A stretch of 64,000 bases of DNA from Klebsormidium nitens (taxonomy: Eukaryota; Plantae; Klebsormidiophyceae): assembly GCA_000708835.1 (NCBI GenBank), contig DF237040.1, positions 62,001 to 126,000 on the forward strand. Direction: 5' to 3'. Made by a program: the position numbers and the translations under genes. The notes under the pieces were generated by a model. That model searched no databases and was not told where the DNA came from. It was given only the letters and a program-made list of their open reading frames with translations. Below, piece by piece: positions 13,102-24,585 of the stretch; position 1 is the stretch's first letter; the number at the start of each line of letters is the position of its first letter.

Positions 13102-14139
13102 TAGCGTGATTGCTGTTCTCATGCAGTCTTCAAGTGAGTGGGATAGTTCGATCATGCTTTTCGTCATCGGCCTTAGAGACTAGATCCTAGTGATTGCTTT
13201 GTCGACTTGACAGAAACAAGGCTTGGTTGAAAAGGGTGACCGCTTCAAAAGATCCAGATTTCTAACACCTCTATCAGGTTTGTGCATCTATGACCGAAGA
13301 AAGGCTTGCCATGCTCAACCGGATGCTTAACGGGGCATCATCCAATGCTGCATCTTTTAATTTCCGTCACCACGGACACTGCATGCACGTAAATTTTTGA
13401 AAGCTCAGAGCCACCAGTATCATATGCATCCGCACTGCGAACGGAGGTGTTCACATTAATACGAGCCCGTCTCTCACAGGCTCTGCATCAGGCACTTTGC
13501 CAGCTCCCCATGTGCAACGGCTTGTGCCATCCTGTGAGGCACCCGCCAACCAAAATCTGCTCCGGTATAACAGAGCAAACATGGCCCCCATCCGCAAACG
13601 TCTTGAATCTAGCGAAGTTGAACCGTCTACGGCCCAAATAACCGTGGTGTTTCCCAACCCCTGCCGCAGCAGATCGGATTCTGCTGAACAGCATGGCTCC
13701 TATATGCTAAGATAGGACATCATGCATGGGCATCATATCATGAGACATTCTTCGAGCTCCTGTGCCAGGATTAAATATCATCACCCACATTCAGCATGTA
13801 TTTTCTGCCCAAACACGGGCTTCGGCTTTGAGGCGCACCCCAGATGCAGACGCCTTTGCAATTCTCAGGTGACGAAGTTTTGGTACAACACTTTAAAGTT
13901 GACTGTTGTAATTCTTGATGTGACTAGCCGAACTCCTGCCTAGCTACCTAGCAGCGAAAGCTTAGCCCGCGGTGACCAGCGAGAAGCCTCACCTAGATTC
14001 TCCTCGGTGGTCCTGAGGACTTCCCGAGGGAGCAATTGAGCAAAGCGGTCCATAGAGGCGGCGAGCCCGGAAGAGTACACCGCCCACCAAATGCCGCCCG
14101 GATTGACTTTCTAGGGTTTCGTAAAACCCCAGGGCCAAG

Positions 14140-16857
14140 ATGCCACTTCCAACTTCCAAGTTCATGCCAACGGCATTTTGCAATGCTCACAAGTATTGTC
14201 CAGGTAGCCTGTGAAGTGCCCCATTACGCTGACTATCATCTTGTCACCTCCAAACCTTCAACTGTCCACTAGAAAGAGGGCATCCTTCCGACTTTCTGCG
14301 AGCTGGGTGCAGTAGAGGCGCTAAGGAATCAAGGGAGCAATCCAGTTGGCTTGCTGAAGAGGTCTTGTTAAGATGGCGCAAAGCGCCTTGCTCATAGCGC
14401 GAGCAGCGGTCCTTCAAGTTGCGGCACGGGGATAGGCGACCTGAGCTCAGAATTGCTCAATGTGATCTTCCACAAGCTTGGCTCCAGCCCTGTCCACTTA
14501 GCGGCGCTTCCCAGCGTCTGCAAAGCCTGGCGTGGTGTCATGCAAGAGATTACTTGGCAGCAGCTCTGCCTGGAGATCGCTCCTGGATTGTGCGAGAGAA
14601 TGGGGTATGATGTGACCGATAAGCCCCCGGGGGGCTGGTTGGCCCTCCTCAAACTCTTGTTGTATTGCCCGGGCATGCGATTTGACAGAGGCTACATAAA
14701 TAAGGATGGGGAGGAGGGCGGCTTTCTGGAGTTGATGGGGCATGTGCAAGGGAAAGTGTGCGGGTTTCAGACAGGGCGCGTGGTTGCAAAGGATCTGTTG
14801 TTGAAGGAGCCGTTCCAACACGACTGCCTGTTCGTCACACCATTGTGTCGGCACGCGTGGCTTGATAGGGATAAAAAGCTTGCGGTCTGCGCCTGCCGGG
14901 GCATGGTGTGGGACTTTCCCTACTCAGCAATTGCAAAAGAGTCAGGGGCCATCAGATATGTAGAGGCGTCTCCCCAAGAACAGCAGCTGATGAGCAGTGC
15001 GGCCAAATGTCGCTGCACGTACTGTGGGACGCCCGTATTTGTGCTGCAGGAGGTTGTCTTTTTCAACATCCAGGAGAAGTTCCGTCATTGGTGGCAGCGC
15101 GTGTTTGACAGGTGTCTTCCAGACTGGTCTGATATTACCGGGCAGGTGTGTGGGAATGGACATCTGACGTTCGAAGTCTTCGGCAAGCGGTCAAAGCGGG
15201 CGCCATTTCTCAGTGGCAAGCCAATGGCTGGGTCTGGCCAAGGTCTTGTGGTGGAAACTTCTGGGGTCATTAAAAAGGTGTATAAGGAGCTCATGCCAGA
15301 GCCCCTTGATTTCTGCGAGCTCGACGTTTGCAGGAACTTGAATCCATACACGCTCTCTCGGAAACTGACGCGACTAGCCACGGAGATCCGAGATTTCGTC
15401 TGGGACGAGTGCGAAGATGGGGAGGGGATGCCCGAGGAGCTCGGCTGTGTTGACAATTTCAACACAATGTCTGATGTCATCGAGTGGATTCCAAGGCTGG
15501 AAACACGCATCAATGAGATCATTCAGATCTACAACAACAGCACCGCTGGAATCTACAAAGACAGCTCCGACAAAGACAGCTTTGACAGAAGAAGCGAGTC
15601 CGCAGAAGATGAGGAATTTTGCGAGGAGCTTCCTTTCTGGCGCGTTCCTTGGGCCGACCTTGGGGTAGTGAAAAGGCTCCAGGACACTTCTGTCACGGGG
15701 CGTGCTGCCCAAACGATTGGCGGTTACCTTTGCCATGACACATCAAGCGCAAAGATTGTAGTCAGTGCCAACATAAGGTTGGACCGCCTTTGTTCCTTTC
15801 AATACTGGGCGGAGCGCAGGCTTGAGCGATATGAAAAAGAGCGCAAAGAGGAAATTGAAGCTGCTCTAACGGAGGCCGGCTTGCAGAAACGTGGTGGTGA
15901 TTGGCCGTTCCCTGAGGGGGTTCAAAGCTATATCAAGGTGAGTTGGCGAAGAACCCTGTTGCTCCAAAACGAAAGTTGGCTGGTCTAGGCACACTGCAAG
16001 ACGCTCTTACGATCACTTTAGAGTTCAGATCATTTTGAGAATCCAGAGGTTCTTTGGACAATAACGGACCTGGACGGAACTGAAGGGCGATGAGAAGCAG
16101 GGAGAAGCAGCAAAACGTCTTCTCAAAGGCTCGTATTCAAGTGTGACCTTACCCCACGTCCGTCACGTTTGCAAGTCAAGCACTCGAGTTGTGCCCTTCA
16201 AAATGGTCTAGGTCTGTGGAACATCGAACGGCTTGTCCCGAAGCTTCGGATTGCGTCAACCCTTTCCTGCTTGCAGCTTCAACCAGCCCTCAAAAGCCTT
16301 TGTGCAATACTACTCGAGTTGAGAATGAAGAGTAGCGTGCCTTGCAACTTGTCGAACGTGCACCTCAGATCCACCCTTTGAGCTCTTTAGAAGATAGTAA
16401 AGTAGCTTGCCGTTTCTTGAGAATCGTTCGAGTTTCGTTGCAAGAGGTTGCCTGAACGCCTTAGACACATCAAACCAACGCTTCTTGTTCGACTTTGTAG
16501 GATCCGAACGTGCCGCTGGAAGACGCCATCGACCGCCAGCAACAGTTTCTGCTGAAGGAGAAGGAAAAGAGGGCTGCAGAGCGAGCTCAACGGCGAAATG
16601 AGACCGCCTTGCGTAGGGCAGAGCAAGAGGCGAAAGTTGCCGAGCGCAAGGCTTTGCGGGAACGAAAGAAAGCAGCAGAACGCGTGTTCAGGGCGTCGCA
16701 AGGGTTGGTGGTGTGTCGGGGCACGTCGGACGGGAAGAGCTGCAATAATCTCGGATCGGAAGCATGTGCCCTTTCGGCCTGTGGTAACTGTTGTCGTACA
16801 TACACGATGGGGGTGGTATGCGGACGCCATAGGAGGCTCAGGATTGCGGACTTGTAA
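14140..16857 (+). CDS. EID1-like F-box protein with a long C-terminal extension (coiled coil plus Cys/His finger), about 661 aa
   Basis: Exons 14140-14203 (first exon tentative), 14373-15937 and 16501-16857 total 1986 nt in frame. F-box IGDLSSELLNVIFHKL..VCKAWR. PPGGWLALLKLLLYCPG, LFVTPLCRH, YCGTPVF and VCGNGHL match the EID1/EDL family pattern. Confidence 0.8.
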
Positions 16858-17687
16858 GCTAGCTGCACGCAAGCAATTGTATGCAGACAACTGCGTAGAA
16901 ACTTTGTGAATATGGCAAACATGATGACTGTGTGCATGCCCAGATTGCAATCAACGCCAGGGAACGTCGGATTCACCATGAGCCGTTCCGGCGTGTGCAG
17001 GCTGACCGACTGTATCAAATTTGATTCCAGTCAACATTATGCGCAGGCTTCCACACTGCGCATGCCGTGGTGCAGCTCCTTTGTGAGTCGATTAGTAATA
17101 CCTAAACGATAAACGAATAAGCCGTACACGCATGCGGGGTACGTTTTGCTTTGCATATGAACCATGCAAAAGATATATGGCGCAACAATTCAAAATCAGA
17201 TGGTTGACAAAAAAGCTGCAGGTTCGCATGTGGTATGTTATGCTGGCAATATGCTGCATGAGCTATCATAATCGAAAATACGTAATAGCAGAGTCAACAT
17301 GGCAGCAGGCTGTGCATGTGAGATGAATCTCATGCAACATCAGCTTATGTTAGCGCGGCCCTGGCACCGTGCTGGCATCGCATGTGCCGATTGCATTCGC
17401 GCGCTGGACACGGCATAGGCAATCATGTGAATATTCATCGCAAGACCTACTCAGTCGGCACGTGTCTATTTGTTATAAAAGCGGTGCTTTCGACGGTCCG
17501 TCACTTGTTTGCCTCCATTGGGTCAAAGGATATCCAAAAGCCTTAGGGGTTCAGATAAAATGGGACCCTTGAAGAATGGGCGATTTGGCAGCTATAAATC
17601 GCCCAACTATAAATCCATCATCAGTGTTTGATTCGCCAGCTGCACCGCCCATTACACGCCGTCGATGTGCGGAGCTCCTCCGCCCTT

Positions 17688-20600
17688 TCATTGCACGTTG
17701 TTCAGCCACGCAGCATTCAGGCGCTCCGCCACGGAATTGGGCAGAACGCCGGAAGCGACGAGCGCAGGGAAGGTCGCCAGCTTGTGCGCGAGCACGCTCG
17801 GAGGGAGCGCGCGCGTGAACTGCAAAGCCGCGACGCCATTGGCTAGGATGCCGCCGCTCAGGGTTTTGGGGTTGTAGAGGCCGGTCTGGAGGCTGCGAGA
17901 GGTCCGGATGACAGTGACCGGAACGAGTCCGCGGGCGGAAACGGACTCTCCGCCCATTGCGCCAGGCAAAACCCAGACCGTGTCGGCCACCTGCACACAC
18001 ACGTTGATCGAAGTTCAGAAGCAGCCCGAGTAAAGAGACAGCGCGGCTGCTCACGGCTACTGTTCCGAAAATCTTTGAAAGATTGGCAGATCGCCGTTGA
18101 CAGGCAGTATACCCGTTTTGCTTTCACCGTGAAGAGTGCGGCAGATTAGCGGATGTCCACTATTTGCATCATCTATCCATGAAGCGCACATTAAAGGACG
18201 GTAGCGCCGAACTTCTGAGGGTTCCGAGCGATAAGATCTGAAGACAAAAATCATGCCTGCCTTCGTCCACTTTTTTCAAGCCTATTGTAGCCCCATTGTA
18301 AGCATGCAGTAGGATTCAAAGATTAAGTGAACCTGCCGAATTTCCGGCCTAAAATACCAGAGAGTGCACGTCTCTGAAGGGGTGGGAAAGCATTCAGGCC
18401 CACCTGGACATCGGAGGCGCGCACGATCTGCGCGCGCGTTGCGAAGGGTTGGGCGTCAAGAACCGAATCGGAGGCCGCCTTGGCGGCCGCGAAAATGTAG
18501 TGGTCGGGGGTAAGCGTCAGATTGTGGCCGGTGGAAGTCTCCAGGGTCACGAACTTGGCCTGGACACGAAGGGGAGGGCTTTTGTGATCGGTTCGTGCAA
18601 TTCTAGGAACAGTGATAAAGTACGAATAATGCAGAATCTGTGGCAACACGGAGAAGCGCAAGCCAAAGCCAACTATCAAACGAAAAGCTTGGGTTGCAGG
18701 CTTTTGGTCTCGTTCTGCTCGACCGACTACGCGACATATTGCAGGATGCCAAGGTGCCTTTGTCATTCCCGGTGACGATTGGGACGCTTGTAGTACTCAG
18801 CACGCCTACTCTCCGGGAAACGTTTGGGACCAGTTCTTTCGTGGAGGCGTTCGATTGCGCTCTACTCTTGCTGCAGTCCGTTTGCTTGATCAATTTCTAT
18901 TCTAAAGGATGTCGGCTCACAATACTAACTTCGATGAGCTTCTGGCGGGTTTTAAACCCATTAGTACACCATGCAGCTAATAAAATCTAAACAACCTGTT
19001 TTTGTGGTCGATTACCTGTTCTTCCAGTGCTTTGTGGGAGAAGAAGAAGATTCGTTCGCGCATGAGCGCCCCCGTCGAAGCGTCTACTGCAATGACCTGC
19101 ATCCAGAGAGCGCGCTTTTCATGCTCTGAGGGCGCGCAATCACAGGGCCAATCCAGAACGGGACTATCGACCCTTGCAAGACCATCAGAGTTTCTACAGA
19201 TTTCCGTTTCATTGGCGAGGCTTCTCGTGTCCAGAGCCTTCGAGGCAAATCACGACGAATTCAGGTAACATTCCTCTTTCTCCGCGGACATTCCCTCAGC
19301 GTACTCGAGAGCTGCGAACTTCCCTGCGCACCTCCATGACTGAAGAGAATTTTTCTCGGTCGGCTTCATTGTCGTGGGCGTACTGAAGCTGGGCAGGATC
19401 TGGGCGCTGATTTTCAGCTTCACGAAGGCTTGACAAAGATGACAGCCCACGACTCACTGTATCGCCAATGGCCAGCTCCGCCATTCTGCGCGTCGTCCCC
19501 TCAAAGTCCGTCAGCACGCGCGCGTCGGCCGTGAAGCAGCCGCTCGCGCTGACCCCGCCGCCGGCCGCGCCGATCGCGGCGCACGCGGTCGCCTCCGCGG
19601 CCGCGACGTTGTCGTTGCTCAGAATCAGGTTGACCATCTCGTGACACGCCTCCTTGACCAGGTTTTCTCCCGTGGCAAGCTGCAGGAAAGAAGGAACACA
19701 TTTTGTCCATTACCGGGCCCTGGTGAGAGGGGTCCGTTTCCGGTCGGGACGTTGCGTCACTCACCGAGTGCATTTGCAAACGAGCAACAAGCAAGGACAT
19801 TGGTCAGTCTCGTTTCCCGGCCAGTTTCTTGCTAGGCACGCGTCGCATCAGAAAAGTGTGTTCCATTTGAACTTACAAAAGTATTCATGCTTGAAAGCAG
19901 GCCCTATCAAGGACCAATTTGAAGACAGCATGGGTTAGAAAAGCGCCATGTGAGAACCAGGCACATTTCCGGGCTCAATAGATGGTTCGGCGACTTGTAA
20001 AAAACAGCTCTCGAAACAAATGTTTCATTTATAATGCAGATTGCTGACTACCTTGAGGCAGACTGACTCCCACAATTCTAACAGAAGCGACAGATACCGA
20101 CAGGGTGTGCATTCTCGACCTACCTGGATCACCGAGTTCAGGATCCCCACGTATTTAGGTGCAAATTTGGAGACCAGCTTCGTGCAAAGTTGCGCCGCGC
20201 CAGCTTGAATCTCGTCCCCGTATTCCTGCCATCCTTCGTCCAGCGTCTGCGAGCATGCATCGGCCTGGGCGCAAACAAAAAAGAGAGGCGGATAAGTAAG
20301 TTGTCTCCAGATGCAGAGCTTAAGGCAGAGCCTGAGAGGAGACTGCGGGATGCACTAGAAGAACAGCAGTTCCCGCGCCTTCGTGCGATCTCCTAATCCA
20401 CAAGTCCATGAAAGCCCTTTGCTTGGACAAGCGTAACGGCTTTTAAGGATAAGTGAGAGCCTTATCCTTCGGGTCGTGTAGACTTTTTGGAAGTGTGTTG
20501 TGAGTGTTCCGGTACGAACATCGTATTGGCCTGTCCAGCAAACGGTCCCCCGACATCAAGTCTCCCAATCGCATCTTGTTTTCGATCACCCCGATTGCAA

Positions 20601-21029
20601 GCAACCCTAGATGCTAACAAACTCCGAGTTGGTCGAAAGGAATGGAAAATACTATGTGAAGTCTGCTTTGAATAAAACTGGTCTGAAGTTGAGTTTCCTC
20701 CGTGCCGTTGAAACCTGCGAACTCTCAGCAGCCCGTGGATCTTCCTCAACACTCGGCTTCTGCAACTTGACGCCACAGGAGAAGCGATTACTTCAGTCTG
20801 AGAAAGAAAAACATACCCTGGTGTCTTGAGGAGTTTCAAGGTACGCCTGGCACTCCGACAGGGAAGACGTGTAGACCGCCACGTCGACGTTGCTCGCGCA
20901 GAAATCGTCACTGCAGGTACATTCTCCTGCCACGCAGCACAGGTTTGCCCGCACCGCTCCTGGGCCGACCGCTAGGATCAGCAGAAGCGCGGCCACCCAC
21001 CAACGCAAAGCATTGCTCGTGGAAGCCAT
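17688..21029 (-). CDS. Secreted Cys-rich protein with a C-terminal Hedgehog-type Hint (Hog) autoprocessing domain, 371 aa, 6 exons
   Basis: Exons 21029-20817, 20264-20124, 19679-19458, 19096-19016, 18559-18404 and 17990-17688, all phase 0, total 1116 nt. Signal peptide LRWWVAALLLILAVGPGAVRA. Hint start G|CFTADARV..RRMAELAIGDTV, block B LTLTPDHYIF, and C-terminal GLYNPKTLSGGILANGVAA. Confidence 0.88.
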
Positions 21030-24000
21030 GGCGAAGTATCTGTGTTTGAAAGAGTGCAGCAGAGTAAGAAGGGGCATTTTGGATTGTGACTGGTTGCTGG
21101 TCCAGCGCTGGGGGAAGCGTAGAAAAAGAATGGGACTTTCCTACGTGAAGATGGGTCGGGAGGCAGGCTTGTACTGAAGATCATGGAGTGGTGGTCAGAC
21201 GAGTAAATCAAGGTTGAAGGACATAGAGACAGCCACACACAAACATCTAGGTTTTGAGTAACTCTGTTTGCCTTTCACGGCACCTTTTGTTCGCTCTGAG
21301 TTATTCGACCAAGGCAGGAAACGAGATAAACGCCCTGATAAGCGATGAGCAATGCAGACATCAGATTGGATGCATCTATGTGGCGAGCTTACAAGGACCG
21401 CCTCATAATGGAGGAGTCTGCAATTGCACGGCAGGATGATCCAATCATGACTCACCGCTCCTCTACCACGACCGGAGGTCGACGCCCGCGCGTTGTGCGC
21501 TTGCGCTGCTGCTCTTGAAGCTTTGCCACGGGCTCGCCCAAAGCTCCAAAGAAGCCTTCAGAAGAAGGTGCACTTTGGAGCTCCTTTATCTTACCGTAAG
21601 AAAGCTTGCTCGATCTGAATGCAGCTGATTGCTCTCCGGAAACAGCGAAGCTTGGAATGAGGCTCGCAACTAATCTTGGTCCGTATTTGTGCACTCGCCT
21701 CTTACAAAAAGGTGGAGAAGCTAGTGCAAGGAAACATACTTTGAGCAGCCCTCAGCGCAGCGTGACCAAACGCAGCGGTTAAGAACGAGAAACCGCCCAG
21801 TAGAGAAAAGTTGACGCACTCCTGGCCAAGTCTCGCTGCCAGGCTCGGAACAGTACTGGACACCAAGGGCTGTCTCACTGTATGTATGCTAAATCGTAGC
21901 TATAGCTATAACCTACAAGTAAGCTGCGGACACTTCTCCGCACCCATGATCCGATGTACAACTGTACAGCTAAGAGAAAGCCTAGCTTGGCACTGTTGAG
22001 AAGCATGGTGCACGCGGGTCCAAGTATCAACCCTGTACCTGTAGGACTCTTCATCTGGTCCCATTTTGGTAGTATAGGATAGATGAGCAGCTGCGCACTA
22101 CTGGAAGTTGGAAAGTTGCCACCCCCGCAGGCAGCCCCACGGGTCCCACGGTCGGTGCACATGGGTCTCACATTCTTTGTCTGCTGGCTACGCTTCAACT
22201 TGTGCAACTTGCTGTGGCTGCAAAGTAAGCTCAAATGATTGGCCAGCACGTGTCTTCGAGCAGACCTGCAAATTGAAGCCGTAGGCCAGGTCTCTCCTTG
22301 GATGGTCTGACATCATGGTCATATCAACCGCCTTTGCATGATGCATCAGCTTATACACTAGGAATATTCCTAAACGGCGAACCAGACAATTCCGTCGAGT
22401 ATGCCCTAAGTGGACCTCAGCTGTTGACCCTAGCTGGTGGACGTCATCATGCACTGCAATGCAGTATAGTTACAACAGCAATCTGTCCCCGACTCTGTCG
22501 GTCCGCGTTCCCAGACGCTTACGATTGCAGACGCATGCATGATGATTATGCGGATGTTGCAGCCAAACGCAGTTTGGCAAGGGGCATTCAAGCTATTGCC
22601 TCACGTGCATGCTGCTTGAGGCTCTGGCCAATCACATTCCCGCGTCGGTACACGGGACGTGCACGGGACGGTAGCCGCGAGAGCAGACGCGTCAGCTCAG
22701 TGCGCAAGTTGACCAGTTCTCAACGTTTGCCCTGTAGGCTTGTGACAGTGCGAGATTGCGAATGTGTCTTCGCGAGAACGATGTCGTCATTATTGTCGGG
22801 ATGTCGCTGCGGTTGCTATGACAACACTACGAGATCGAGGTGGCCTAAGCCCCACTGCCAAGAACGAAAGTCAATTGAACATGTTATCGTGTACAAGTCG
22901 GTTACTCGTGAGCTCGTGTACGGCTGCTGTTATCTCCAGTAGAGAAGACGGATTCAATAGTCCGTCTTTCAAACTTGAATATGAAAGCACTGGTCCGACA
23001 GCTCAGTTCAGATTGAACGAAACAATGGAATCGAACGCGCGGATATCGGAAGACGATATGAACCGTCCAATCCTGTCTAGCAGTGGTTCATGACCATGGA
23101 TGCCAACGTCCAACGCACGAAATGCACGTGTAAATGCTTGTGCAATATCACCGTACAACAAGGTGCCGTTCCATACCAGCTGAGAAAGCAGGACAGGCAC
23201 TGTAGCCAGTCAATGGCAGGCGCCGCATGCATGTTGCGGCGAGCAGCGGCTTCGACTTTCTTGCAGCTCATACGCGGACTCGACCACTGTGCATTATGCA
23301 ACGCTTAGCACGGGATCAGCATGAAGTGCCAATAGGACCTAGTCTGAGTGCCAGTGCTGATGTCGGTGATTCCGCCTCCACTTATGACACTTAGCACTAG
23401 CAGCCGCCGGCCGCGCGCGGCAGCGGTTCAGTTGAGTGCCGCGTTTCCAGTGAATCGTGACAGTGACAGTGTACCTCAAAGGGCATTATACAACTGCACG
23501 CCGCTCGCGCACTCGAAATCGAGGGCTGACGAGTCGGCGTCGCAAACATCGGAAGGCCTCGGTTGAGTCTCAAGATCCAAAAATACATCGGCAATACAAT
23601 TTGAGCTTACCCGGTATCTCAATTTGCGCCCGGTTCACAAGGCCTCATTGGGTGGCCATTGTCGCCGGCCCGACTGTAGGAGTTTGTAAACAGTCAAGGT
23701 CCATTTGATGGCGGACCTTGAATCGGGCCCCTTGGCGGACGGCCCACGGCTTAAACGAAGGAGCTCAGCATGAGTGATCGAAAACCCTCTTTTCGATCGC
23801 AATCTTTTTTGCAGAGTGCGGGTCGAATCTCTTGTATACTCTGATATCATGGGCGCGGATTGCACATGAGGAGAGCATTAGAGTTCCGATCATGGCCAGG
23901 GGCCATGTTGCAATTCGTTACGCAGGGATGTTGCAATGATGGCAGAAGTTCAGTGACCGAACGCACATGTTCGAACATGCATATGGGGCGAGCCTTGACG

Positions 24001-24476
24001 GACGTACTCGCACTAATAAGGACTCACAGATCGTTCGGACTCATGTGGGGTTCTCTGGTTGAGAAAGGTTGTTATACCACAATACGAAATGATTGTCGTA
24101 GATATAACTTGCGATAATCACGCGTTGTGCATCGTTGGGTTGCTGAGTCTATCAAAAATGTCGATCAGGACCATACACCGGTGTCAATACAGAGGACTCA
24201 GATGTCGTCATGTGCACTTCGTGTGATATTTAGATTGGTTGAATATGTCAATGCCTCCTCCAACTAAGCCATATCAATATGAACATAGTCCCTACTTCCG
24301 ACAAAGATCAATGGTGCGGTATGCCTTAACCAATCTACCTTTTACGTTTTTTTCGGCGCTTCCTACGCATCGCCCACATACAACCGAGCACATCCTTCTG
24401 CTCTTCGAACCCCCGTGCCCTGCCAGCCCTCACCGTTCTCAATCAACATATTCAATCCAATCTCCTACCACAGCCT

Positions 24477-24585
24477 TGCCGAGCACTTATGTTGGAGTCG
24501 TATGCCAAGCATTTATGCTGGCCAGTCAATGGCCGAGCACTTATGCTGGAGTCGGAGTTGGAGTCGGAGTTGGAGTCGGAGTCAA
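24477..24585. repeat. Duplicated stop-codon segment plus (GGAGTY)n repeat at the CLPP5 3' end
   Basis: gccgagcacttatgttggagtcg at 24478 and gccgagcacttatgctggagtcg at 24534, followed by gagttggagtcg repeats that encode [10 protein letters not shown]. Confidence 0.85.

Noticed and set aside
16028-16130. Protein-like frame with an in-frame TAA, suggesting readthrough or a disrupted exon
   Set aside because: Direct 15937-to-16501 splicing keeps the frame and reads well, so this stretch is intronic.
19332-19382. Possible phase-0 cassette exon (YAHDNEADREKFSSVME) within the Hint domain
   Set aside because: Inclusion would break the GDTV strand. Exon 19096-19016 already supplies this segment.
19458-19540. 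Hint domain read as a self-splicing intein
   Set aside because: There is no terminal His-Asn plus Cys/Ser/Thr and no C-extein. The layout is Hog type.
21456-21694. Upstream exon that would splice in frame (CG|A TAC TTC GCC ATG) into the Hint gene
   Set aside because: The frame has no ATG (the listed ORF starts at GTG), so it is more likely a 5' UTR exon.
22298-22942. 214-aa ORF
   Set aside because: TTG start, Arg/Cys-rich random-like composition and no recognisable motif.
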